Below the pieces are notes generated by a model. The model did no database searches, was not told the DNA's origin, and saw only the letters and a list, made by a program, of their open reading frames with translations. This document shows, piece after piece, positions 9,661-18,066 of a stretch of DNA of 28,641 bases. The stretch is taken from contig CBDCCZ010000013.1 of NCBI GenBank assembly GCA_965215005.1, forward strand, positions 1 through 28,641. Reading direction: 5' to 3'. Positions within the stretch are counted from its first letter, which is position 1, and each line of letters starts with the position of its first letter. Position numbers and translations under genes: made by a program. The DNA is from Kofleriaceae bacterium. GTDB lineage: Bacteria > Myxococcota_A > Polyangia > Haliangiales > Haliangiaceae.

Positions 9661-11040
9661 TCAGCGCTCGGCTACTCGCACAGTCGATCGCCGCCACCTC
9701 ACAACCCCGAGGAAGAGAAGCGCGGCTAGCAGCGGAAACAGTCGCTGACGCCCGCCTTCCGCGGCCGAGCACCCATCATCCGAGTCGGGACGATAAAGGC
9801 AATACCTTCGACCACCGCCGAGCACCTGGCAGCTGTGCGCAGCTGGACACGACTCGCCCTTGCCACATTCCTGCACGCATACCCGTCGATTCGGATCGCA
9901 CCCACCGGAGTCGCAGTCGGAGTTCTTCCCGCAGGTAGCTCCTTCCGTTCCGGGTACCTTACCGTCATACACGCAAGCGTACGTGGCGGCATCGCCATCC
10001 TCGGGCGCGTAAGCGGCCGCATTGCTGCATGACATCGCGAATCTTCTGCTCTCGCAAATTCCGGCCGGGACGTCTGGACCGCACGGTAAAGAGCAGTAAC
10101 CCACGCCGTCCTGAGCGACACATTGGCCCGACTCGCAATCGCTATTGCTCACACACCGTTCCTCGAATCGACCTTTCACAGGGCAGTCCAAGTCCAATAG
10201 ACATGCCTCATCGCATGAATCGTTGAAAGCGCACGGATTGCAGTCAGGATCCTCGACCGCGCAAGCAACGGTGGTGCAGCGGCCATCCAAAGGACATTCC
10301 TGCTGCCAGCGCTGAAGCGTCGGCCGAATGAACTCAGCCCAGTAAGGCTGCACGCGTGTATGGACACTCGCGATGTCCGCGCATCCGGCCCGCTCGACTA
10401 AACCGACGATGACGGGATCGGCCCTAGTCTCATCCAAGATGGGCCCCCCAGAGTCTCCAAAGCAAGGACCAACGTCCGCTGTCGAAAAGTAAATGGTTCT
10501 TTGATCGACCGCAGAGACACGGAGATCGATGTAGCGCTTGGTGCCGAAGTCCTCATCAACGCCCCCCTGACCAAACCCGACAACTCGAATTCGATCACCG
10601 CCGCGCAGTTCCTCTGTAACCGATGCCAATGGCAGCGGTTCCGTCGGAGCGGCTTGCGCGAGTCGCAGCAGCGCGATGTCATAAAGCTCATAGCTGTCGA
10701 CATCATAGTAGCGATGCCAGCGCACCTCGACGACGTCGATGACCGCATCAGGGTTAGCATCGTCACCCCAGGTTACAGATCCAAACAGGACCTTCCCCTC
10801 CTGTAGTTCCTCAGCGGATAGTTTCGCAACACCGTGCGCAGCCGTGAGCACCGCCCAAGGAGACACCAGTACGCCGCTGAATTTCACCGACGGGAAGTCC
10901 ACCTGGACGACAGCTGGATACTCAGTTGTCGGCGAGCCGCCGACAATTCGTGAAGCGGGCAACCCGCGCGATTCCGCAAATACATTGCCGGATACGCACA
11001 GAACACAGGAAAAGACTAAGCACGTTATAGCTAAGCGCAT
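9661..11040 (-). CDS. Secreted S1 (chymotrypsin-fold) serine protease with Cys-rich region and MYXO-CTERM-like anchor
   Basis: Signal peptide, R-IVGG activation site, triad TAAH / DIALL / GDSGGP, Cys-rich repeats, C-terminal DDGCSA...LLAALLFLGVVRWRR. Confidence 0.9.
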   Translation of the reverse strand: MRLAITCLVFSCVLCVSGNVFAESRGLPASRIVGGSPTTEYPAVVQVDFPSVKFSGVLVSPWAVLTAAHGVAKLSAEELQEGKVLFGSVTWGDDANPDAVIDVVEVRWHRYYDVDSYELYDIALLRLAQAAPTEPLPLASVTEELRGGDRIRVVGFGQGGVDEDFGTKRYIDLRVSAVDQRTIYFSTADVGPCFGDSGGPILDETRADPVIVGLVERAGCADIASVHTRVQPYWAEFIRPTLQRWQQECPLDGRCTTVACAVEDPDCNPCAFNDSCDEACLLDLDCPVKGRFEERCVSNSDCESGQCVAQDGVGYCSLPCGPDVPAGICESRRFAMSCSNAAAYAPEDGDAATYACVYDGKVPGTEGATCGKNSDCDSGGCDPNRRVCVQECGKGESCPAAHSCQVLGGGRRYCLYRPDSDDGCSAAEGGRQRLFPLLAALLFLGVVRWRRSTVRVAER

Positions 11041-11913
11041 ACAACAATCTCTATTCTGCGAAGCGACCTATTCGGGCAGCGGTCCTGCTTGGGCCAGCCG
11101 GTGAGCGTGGAGCGTCGCGATTGGATGAAGCGGCGCTTTGAACCGATGGCCCTCGCTGTTGAGGTGTAATGGCGCCTGCCGCGCTCAGAGGAGCGTCGGA
11201 CCGGCTGACGCGCTCTTCCGGCGCGGCGGTGAGGGTCTCATCTATTGGCGCGGATGGCGTGTTCGACACGATATGCTCGACAGCGATCGCCTAACGGTTG
11301 AGAACGAGGGCGCAAGCTACTCGACGTTGCTCCATTACGGAAGGCTCGATTGAAGAGCGACAAGCGCTGCGGCGCGATCCGGAGTGGCCCCTGGGTCGCC
11401 CCAAAAGGGTGAGGAGCGGCGCGCAAGCGACCGAAATCACTGTATTTTACCGGTCGGCATCGATTCGGAGGAAGAACCGAACAGATGCGCTCCACTCGGT
11501 GCTGATTTACTTTTGCCGAGGATTGCCACTATCTGGCGCTATAGGCACAGTGTGACGGTTGACGCAGTTGCGAGACGTTGAAAGGAGGCTGCCCGCAGAT
11601 CCCGGCGGAGCTGAGTCGCGCTGATAGGTTGTCGTGCGACGTCAGCCGCTCTTGTCGACGTACCTGAGCTCGCGCCACAAAGGCGTGTTTCTTGAGCGAC
11701 ACGGCCATTATGGACTTGCTCGCCCACGCGATGTCTCGACATCAAGTCTCACAGCGCGGGGACCGAGGCCGAGAACGCCGTCGACGATGGCGACAGCTCG
11801 CGGCGCGCTGCGACGGGCCGCGAGAGGCAGACGGGTTTGAATCCTGGAGCGCGAGCTCATGCGTGCTCGCGAAGATGCCGAGTGCAACGAGCGGAACGAT
11901 GAGTGGCGGCCAA

Positions 11914-12038
11914 AAGCGCCGTGGACGTAGAGGCATCGGATGCTCCGCCCGGCTTTTTGGGCGCCAGCGCGAGAAACCGCCGGCCCCTCGCGCTACCTTA
12001 GCGGCGTCTCCTGCGCAATGCCCATGGCATGGGCGTCT
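11914..12038. repeat. 125-bp direct repeat, copy 2
   Basis: 122/125 identical to 9488-9612, same orientation, offset 2426 bp; ends 32 nt before the HiPIP-like ATG. Confidence 0.95.
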
Positions 12039-12070
12039 GCGATGACCTTCAGCTGCGAAAAGGAAGCACC

Positions 12071-12322
12071 ATGGCAACTGATCCTCTCCCCGTTCCCGAG
12101 CCCAAAGAAATCGATGAGAAGAAGGCCCTCGAGCTCAAGCACTTGGCCGAAGATGCCGTGCTCAAGGGGCAACCCTATGGCGACGAGCGCTGTGACAACT
12201 GCTTGTTCTATCTCAACCCAGACGAGAACATTGCCTACTGCTGGCATCCCAAGCTGCGAATCCTCGTCGGTGGCAACTGGTGGTGCCAGTGGTGGGAAGC
12301 CATTCCCGAAGACCAGAAGTAA
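12071..12322 (+). CDS. HiPIP-like small 4-Cys iron-sulfur protein lacking a signal peptide
   Basis: ATG 12071 with AAGGAAG RBS; C-x2-C-x12-C-x14-C followed by QWW (ERCDNCLFY...YCWHP...VGGNWWCQWW) resembles the HiPIP cluster-binding pattern. Confidence 0.7.
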   Translation: MATDPLPVPEPKEIDEKKALELKHLAEDAVLKGQPYGDERCDNCLFYLNPDENIAYCWHPKLRILVGGNWWCQWWEAIPEDQK

Positions 12323-12358
12323 CGGAGTTCCGCAGCTCGGCGTGCATGAAAGAAGCGA

Positions 12359-13090
12359 GTGATGAGCAGTGAGCGGCGCACAATCGATGATGCGCTGATC
12401 GCACGCGCGACCGAGCAGGACGCCGCGAAGGCCGTCGATACGGCTGGCGCGGCGTCCGCGAGCCCGCGAATGACAACCGACGGCGCCCGATCCGCGGCCG
12501 CCGTCGAGCACGCCGAGCTGGTGCTCGAGGTGCTGTTAGCGGCTCTCGAGCCTTCCAGCACCGCGCTCGAGCTAACGAACGTGCCGCTCGCGAGTCACGA
12601 GCGGCGCGCGGTGACGGCGATTTGGGAGGCGTTCGCAGATCCGCACAGCGCCTCGCTTGCGGGGATGTCGGCGATTGCGCGCAGTAAGCAACTCAACCGC
12701 GGTCTGGCCATTCTCTACCCACAAATCGCGCGCGCCGAGGGGTTGGCCCGCGCGCTTGGCATGCGCTCATTTCTAGTCAAGCGAGCGCGGCTGGCGGAGC
12801 GTATCGCGGCTCTTCGTCACCAGATAAAGCAGGCGATCCTGGTCGAGACCGCGATCAAGTTTCGTAAGAAAAAGCCCGCCGCTAAACCACCCGCGGATGA
12901 TGCGCAGAACGATGATGAGAATGACAAAGGCGCGGACGCAGAGGCCCATATCGAGGAGCCCGAGCACGACTCTGCTGCAGCCACTGCGGCCGATGATGCC
13001 CACGCCGTTGGCGAGGACGAAACTCGCGAAGCGAACCTCGATGACGGCCGCGCCGACAGCACCCGTAAGCGAGATGGAGACCCGTCGTGA
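12359..13090 (+). CDS. Hypothetical protein (helical core, basic patch, acidic low-complexity tail)
   Basis: 243-aa ORF; its stop overlaps the downstream GTG (GTGA at 13087-13090). No recognised motif. Confidence 0.65.
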   Translation: MMSSERRTIDDALIARATEQDAAKAVDTAGAASASPRMTTDGARSAAAVEHAELVLEVLLAALEPSSTALELTNVPLASHERRAVTAIWEAFADPHSASLAGMSAIARSKQLNRGLAILYPQIARAEGLARALGMRSFLVKRARLAERIAALRHQIKQAILVETAIKFRKKKPAAKPPADDAQNDDENDKGADAEAHIEEPEHDSAAATAADDAHAVGEDETREANLDDGRADSTRKRDGDPS

Positions 13091-15159
13091 AGCCGGCGCA
13101 GCTGGCGCCGCGGATCGAGCTGGTTCGACTGCGTGCGGAGGCGGCGCTGCTCGCGCGGCTCGACGCCGGATTCGGTTTTGCTGAGGGGCACTTGGCGTCC
13201 GAGCAGTTCATCGAATCACCCACCATCCGCGAGGCGCTCAGCGATGATCCGCTCCGGCCACGTGGACTGTTCAGCGAGCGCATCGCGGCGTTGACGCTCG
13301 CCATCGCCGCAGCAGAGCGGGTCGAGTCGGCTCCACTCGCCACGCTGGCGCAGCGCTTCGTTCTTGATGCGCCGGCGCAGGCGCTTCTGGCCTGTGGCAT
13401 CGCCTATGAGCTCGATGCCGACGTTCGCGCATTATGCCAACGATTAGCGCCGAATCGAATACCTGGCCTCTACGTCGATACCTGCGCGAGCATCGAGCCG
13501 GCGCTACGCGGTCCCGCTTCACTCACTGCGCTAGCCGCCGATGCACCGCTGCGCGCTGGTGGGCTCGTCACGCTCACCGGCCGCGGCGCGCGCGCGACGC
13601 AGGCCCTCGAGCTCGACCCAGACCTCCTCGACTGGCTCCTCGGCAGTGAGAGCGCACCAGCCTCGCTTGCGGGGTTCTTGCACCTCGGCGCAGCTGTCGC
13701 GCCGTCGTCGCTAGCTGGTGTGCTGCCGCAAACCTTGGGCGCCGAGCTCGCTGCCCTCGCCGAGCGTCTTGCCGGCACCGATTCCACTCCCATGGTGCTG
13801 CTGCAGGGTTCGATCGGCTCTGGCCGGGGCGCCAGCGCCGCCCGACTGGCAGCGGCGCTGCAGCGGCCGCTCGCCCGCCTCGAGCTGCGTCCAGTGCTGC
13901 AGCACGGCAGCGACGCTGCCGCGCTCGTCCGGCGCGCGTTGCTTGCGGCGCGCCTTCGCCACGCTCTGATCTACCTCCCCGACCTCGACGCGCTCGCCGC
14001 TGGTGACGGGCCCAGCGAGGCCATCGCTTTCCAGCTCGAGACGCACGCCGACATCCTAATCGTGGCAACTGCGCAACGCGGCATACCGCAGTTGCCACTG
14101 ACGCGCCCGTACCAGCTCGTTCGCCTCGCAACGGCCGATGTTGCGGCTCGCACCGCCGCTTGGCGGAATGCCCTCGCGGCGCTGCCAACAGCGCTCGAGC
14201 AGCTCGAGCCCGAAGAGCTCGCGAGCCGCTATGTGATTGGCCCCGGAGCAATCGCCGACGTCCTCGCCGATGCCCGCGCGTTTACCACCGCCAGCGGCCA
14301 GCCCTTGCGTCGCACGCATCTCGAAGAGGCCATCGGCCGGCGACTGACGCTGCGGCTCGGTCCCTTCGCGAGCGTCGTCAGCCGCCGCGCCCGCTTCGAC
14401 GACATGGTCCTGCCTGATGACGTTTACGACACGCTGGCAGACATGATTGCGATGATTCGCCAGCGTTCCACCATCCTCGAGCGCTGGGGTTACGCGCAAC
14501 ACCTGGATTTGCCACGCGGAGTCTCCGCACTGTTTTCCGGCGCGCCCGGCACCGGCAAAACCATGGCAGCAAGCGCTATAGCGGGGGTTTTGGAGCTCGA
14601 GCTGGTGCGCGTGGATCTCTCGGCAGTGGTCTCCAAGTGGGTCGGGGAGACCGAGAAGCATCTAGCGATCATTTTTGACCGTGCGCAAACCGCCAACGCC
14701 ATGCTGCTCTTCGATGAAGCCGACAGTCTATTTGGCAAGCGCACCAAGCAAGACTCTGCACAAGACCGCTACGCCAACCTCGAGGTCAACTACATCTTGC
14801 AAAGGATGGAAACCTTCGATGGCATCAGCGTCCTCACCACCAACCTCGAAGGCGGAATCGACCCCGCGTTCCTTCGCCGGCTCAACTTCCGGGTTCGCTT
14901 TCCCGAGCCCGACTTCGATGAACGCCGCGCGCTGTGGCAGCGGCTCTTGCCCCCTGCGCTCGTCATCGACGGGCAGGTCGACTGGGACCTTTTGGCTAGT
15001 CGGTTCGAGATGAGCGGAGGTCACATTCGCAACGCCGTGGTCCGCGCAGCCGTCATTGCTGCGCGCGCCGAGCGGAGCGTCTGCGCCCGCGACTTGCTGG
15101 TCGCGGCGCATCACGAGTACCTCGAGCTCGGCAAGGTCATGCCCTCGCTTTCCGATTGA
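13087..15159 (+). CDS. AAA+ ATPase, Afp15/Pvc15-like (degenerate first AAA module, intact second module)
   Basis: GAPGTGKT (14539-14562), VDLSAVVSKWVGETEKHL, LLFDEADSLFGKRT, DRYANLEVNYILQRME, IDPAFLRRL, SGGHIRNA; degenerate first P-loop GSIGSGRG (13807-13830). Confidence 0.88.
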   Translation: MKPAQLAPRIELVRLRAEAALLARLDAGFGFAEGHLASEQFIESPTIREALSDDPLRPRGLFSERIAALTLAIAAAERVESAPLATLAQRFVLDAPAQALLACGIAYELDADVRALCQRLAPNRIPGLYVDTCASIEPALRGPASLTALAADAPLRAGGLVTLTGRGARATQALELDPDLLDWLLGSESAPASLAGFLHLGAAVAPSSLAGVLPQTLGAELAALAERLAGTDSTPMVLLQGSIGSGRGASAARLAAALQRPLARLELRPVLQHGSDAAALVRRALLAARLRHALIYLPDLDALAAGDGPSEAIAFQLETHADILIVATAQRGIPQLPLTRPYQLVRLATADVAARTAAWRNALAALPTALEQLEPEELASRYVIGPGAIADVLADARAFTTASGQPLRRTHLEEAIGRRLTLRLGPFASVVSRRARFDDMVLPDDVYDTLADMIAMIRQRSTILERWGYAQHLDLPRGVSALFSGAPGTGKTMAASAIAGVLELELVRVDLSAVVSKWVGETEKHLAIIFDRAQTANAMLLFDEADSLFGKRTKQDSAQDRYANLEVNYILQRMETFDGISVLTTNLEGGIDPAFLRRLNFRVRFPEPDFDERRALWQRLLPPALVIDGQVDWDLLASRFEMSGGHIRNAVVRAAVIAARAERSVCARDLLVAAHHEYLELGKVMPSLSD

Positions 15160-15232
15160 CCGAGCGCGGTGGTAGCCTGCCGGCCCCGCAGGCCGCTCCG
15201 TTGCGAGCGGCGAACCAGGCAAAGGAGCCCTT

Positions 15233-16051
15233 ATGAGTCTCGCTGGAAAGACCCTTTTCATCACCGGCGCCAGCCGCGGCATCGGCAAGGCGATTGCTCT
15301 GCGCGCCGCCAAGGACGGCGCCAACGTCGTCATCGCCGCCAAGACCGCCGAGCCCCATCCCAAGCTTCCCGGCACCGTCTACACCGCGGCCGAGGAGATC
15401 GAGCGAGCTGGGGGCAAGGCGCTTGCCTGCATCACCGACATTCGCTTTGAAGATCAAGTCGAGGCTGCCGTAGCAAAGACTGTCGAGACGTTTGGCGGCA
15501 TCGACATTCTCGTCAACAACGCCAGTGCGATCCATCTCACCGGCACCGAGGCCACGCCGATGAAGCGTTACGACCTGATGCATCAGGTCAACACCCGCGG
15601 TACTTTCTTGTGCTCGCAGAAGTGCCTTCCACACCTCAAGAAGGCCAGCAACCCCCATATCCTCAACTTGTCGCCACCTCTCAACATGGAAACCAAATGG
15701 TTTGCGCCACATGTTGCGTACACGATGGCCAAGTTTGGAATGAGCATGTGTGTATTGGGGATGGCCAAAGAGCTCGAGCGCGACGGCATTGCGGTCAACG
15801 CGCTGTGGCCACGGACCGTCATCGCCACGGCTGCCGTGCAAAACCTTCTCGGCGGCGATGCCACCGTACGCGGCTCCCGCAAGCCAGAGATCATGGCGGA
15901 TGCGGCGTATGTCGTACTGGGCCGGCCGAGCAAAGAGTGCACTGGCAACTTCTTCATCGATGACGAGGTACTAGCCTCCGAAGGCATCACGGATCTCAAT
16001 AGCTACGCGATGGATCCGAACGCCGAGCTGATACCCGACTTCTTCGTGTAA
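15233..16051 (+). CDS. Short-chain dehydrogenase/reductase, HSDL2/citronellol-dehydrogenase-like
   Basis: TGASRGIG, AKTAEPHPKLPGT (HSDL2-type signature), VNNAS, YTMAK (YxxxK), NALWPRT; AAGGAG RBS. Confidence 0.92.
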   Translation: MSLAGKTLFITGASRGIGKAIALRAAKDGANVVIAAKTAEPHPKLPGTVYTAAEEIERAGGKALACITDIRFEDQVEAAVAKTVETFGGIDILVNNASAIHLTGTEATPMKRYDLMHQVNTRGTFLCSQKCLPHLKKASNPHILNLSPPLNMETKWFAPHVAYTMAKFGMSMCVLGMAKELERDGIAVNALWPRTVIATAAVQNLLGGDATVRGSRKPEIMADAAYVVLGRPSKECTGNFFIDDEVLASEGITDLNSYAMDPNAELIPDFFV

Positions 16052-16092
16052 ACGCCGCAGACGCATCAAAACGAGCAAGCATCGCTACGCAG

Positions 16093-16121
16093 GGCTCATC
16101 CTCCCCTTCGTTGGGTGAGCC
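16093..16121 (+). terminator. Stem-loop downstream of the SDR gene (possible terminator, no U-tract)
   Basis: GGCTCATCC / GGGTGAGCC 9-bp stem with one G-U pair and an 11-nt loop, ~40 nt after the stop. Confidence 0.3.
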
Positions 16122-16239
16122 ATCACGCGCGTCCCGCTCCCACCAACGACGACAAGGCCTCCCCGAACGGCAAACGCGAGTTCCGGGAGTCGCGCCGACA
16201 GCTTGACCGATTCGGCGCTGAGGCGAGACATTTACTGTC

Positions 16240-17334
16240 ATGGGTGGGGGCACGAGGGGGTCGCATGCCGTGACGCCGTGGGTGGAGTGTCTGGAGGAGG
16301 GCGCCGCGCGCCTGCTCGTCTGTCCCGCCCAGGCGGACGCGTTCGCGGTGCTAACCGCCTATGCGGAAGCTCGCGAGCAAACCGTGGTGGCCACCGAGCT
16401 TGCGGCTGCCGGAAAGAGCAGTGACCTTCGCATCGAGGTGTTGCGGGCGCTCGCCGACGTCGCTCGGCGCTTATGGCCGCGGTGGTGCGGGACCGCCGCC
16501 CGCGAAAGCAGCTCGGCGCAGTCGCCCGCGGAGCTGTTGGCGATCGCCGAATCCACGCCAGGCGTGTCGCCGGCGTGGCTACATGTTGCGTGGCGGTGCG
16601 CAGCGAGTGGCCATCTACCGAGCGACGTGGGATTTAGCCGCGCGGTGCACGCGGAGCAGCTCGCACGAGTCCTAGCAACGCGAATCCTGCTGGTCATCAC
16701 GATGGAAGGCGACGCTTCCGGCGCGCGCCTGCACGGATTAGCGTGCACCGCAGATTGGCTCGCACGCCAGACCCGCTCGCGGGTGATCGTCGTCCTGCCC
16801 CCGCACCTCGCAAGCGCAGCCGAGCTCGACTCGATCTCCTATGGAGCGTTTTGGCTAGAATGCTCCGCCAGTGATGCTGACGCCGGCATGGCACTGCCGC
16901 CATCGGAGTCGCGCGGTGCGAGCGAGGTCGAGCACGCGCAGAGCGGCGAAGCGGTCGGATTTGGGCTTTGGCCAATCTTGGGCCAGCCGCATCCGCTGAG
17001 TCCGGGGGAGCAGCAGCTTGCCGCGGCGCTCGCTCGCGACCCTGTGCTGCGCGACTTGTTTCGCTTCAACGTGCCGCTGAGTACGCGCAAAGGCTCGCGC
17101 GTGGTGGTCGATCTGCTGTGGTCAGACGGCAAGCTGGTAGTGGAGGTCGACAGCTTTCGCTACCACAGTGGCGGGCGCGCGTTCTGTCACGACCGGCAGC
17201 GCGACTACGAGCTGATGATCACCGGCTATCGGGTGCTTCGGCTGCCGCACCAGGAGGTGGTGGCCAACGTCGGTGGTGCGCTCAGCAAGCTTAGAGACGT
17301 GGTGCAGTTTCTACGGAAGGAGAAGGAACAGTGA
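16240..17334 (+). CDS. Protein with C-terminal DUF559/Vsr-like endonuclease domain and uncharacterised N-terminal region
   Basis: SPGEQQL...FRFN...VVVDLLWSDGKLVVEVDSFRYHS...DRQRDYELMITGYRVLRLPHQEV is the DUF559 pattern. Start may be GTG 16270 (GAGGGGG upstream). Confidence 0.85.
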   Translation: MGGGTRGSHAVTPWVECLEEGAARLLVCPAQADAFAVLTAYAEAREQTVVATELAAAGKSSDLRIEVLRALADVARRLWPRWCGTAARESSSAQSPAELLAIAESTPGVSPAWLHVAWRCAASGHLPSDVGFSRAVHAEQLARVLATRILLVITMEGDASGARLHGLACTADWLARQTRSRVIVVLPPHLASAAELDSISYGAFWLECSASDADAGMALPPSESRGASEVEHAQSGEAVGFGLWPILGQPHPLSPGEQQLAAALARDPVLRDLFRFNVPLSTRKGSRVVVDLLWSDGKLVVEVDSFRYHSGGRAFCHDRQRDYELMITGYRVLRLPHQEVVANVGGALSKLRDVVQFLRKEKEQ

Positions 17335-18065
17335 GTTTTCAAGCAACGTCCGGTCAGGCGCTTTTGATTTGGCGGATGATGTTCGTCCCCGGGATGGAAG
17401 AAGTAGGTACCAAGACGGCGCCAAACAAGTTGCGCGCGCCGCTGGTCCGCGAAGGCATCCTCGAGGGCTATGTCGGCAAGAATGAGAAAGGCAATAGGGC
17501 ACAGCGCTTTCGGCTCACAGACCACGCGTGGGCCTGGGGCGAGGCCAACCTCGACACCAAGCTCAATCCTGCGCCAAGCGCCGGCCCGGTTCTGGCAGCA
17601 GTTCTGGCGCGCGTAAAGACCTTGCTAGCCGCGCACGGGCTTCCGCTGGCGGAGCTGGTACGCGAGCAGGACACCGCGCACGAACAAGCCGATTCGCACA
17701 GTCACGCGCAGCACGACAGTAACGGCCAGCACGCAACGCACGACACCAATGGCCAGCATCCGGCGAAGAACGCCGCAATCGGCAACGGTAGTAGCGCGAG
17801 CGAGCCGGCACCTGCGCAGATTCGCCGCGCCTATCTCGCCCACACCCGCGGCCAATTCAACGAATCGCTGTCGCTCGAGGTCCTGCGCCGATCGCTACCA
17901 GAGTTGCCGCGCGAGAGCTTTGATGCCGCGTTATTGCAGCTTTTCCGTACACAAGCCGTCGTGCTGTTCCCCGAGGACAACACGCGACAGCTCACCGCCG
18001 CCATGCAGCATTCTGCATTCGAGCTATCGGGTGAGCCCAAGCATTATCTAAAGCTGGAGCGCTAA
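17331..18065 (+). CDS. Hypothetical protein, probable tandem winged-helix DNA-binding domains
   Basis: Overlaps the upstream stop (GTGA) and has an AAGGA RBS. N-domain LVREGILEG...RFRLTDHAWAW and C-domain IRRAYL...LSLEVLRRSLPELPRESFDAALLQL look wHTH-like and are joined by a His/Asn-rich linker. Confidence 0.75.
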   Translation: MSFQATSGQALLIWRMMFVPGMEEVGTKTAPNKLRAPLVREGILEGYVGKNEKGNRAQRFRLTDHAWAWGEANLDTKLNPAPSAGPVLAAVLARVKTLLAAHGLPLAELVREQDTAHEQADSHSHAQHDSNGQHATHDTNGQHPAKNAAIGNGSSASEPAPAQIRRAYLAHTRGQFNESLSLEVLRRSLPELPRESFDAALLQLFRTQAVVLFPEDNTRQLTAAMQHSAFELSGEPKHYLKLER

Positions 18066-18066
18066 T

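Noticed and set aside
9495..9938. Track ORFs running through the repeats (9495-9938, 9514-9729, 11692-12045, 11940-12362)
   Set aside because: Their shared peptide sequence simply reflects the DNA repeat; they are Arg/Ala/Ser-rich, motif-less and mostly overlap better-supported genes.
9488..12038. 125-bp repeats as a CRISPR array, integron attC sites or tRNA-derived att sites
   Set aside because: Only two copies, too long and too far apart for CRISPR; no RYYYAAC...GTTRRRY ends; no T-loop GTTCRA or CCA features; no cas or integrase gene in the window.
13087..15159. Annotating the ATPase as FtsH or as evidence of a complete eCIS/prophage
   Set aside because: No TM segments or HExxH protease domain; no structural tail genes in the window.
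15137..15841. 234-aa antisense ORF over the SDR gene (similar shadows at 5585-6310, 2479-3144, 19711-20538)
   Set aside because: Lies opposite well-supported genes; long antisense frames are expected with high-GC codon bias; no motifs.
16192..16232. TTGACC (-35-like) inside a 7-bp inverted repeat upstream of the nuclease operon
   Set aside because: The matching -10 is poor (GACATT) and short GC-rich inverted repeats are common here.
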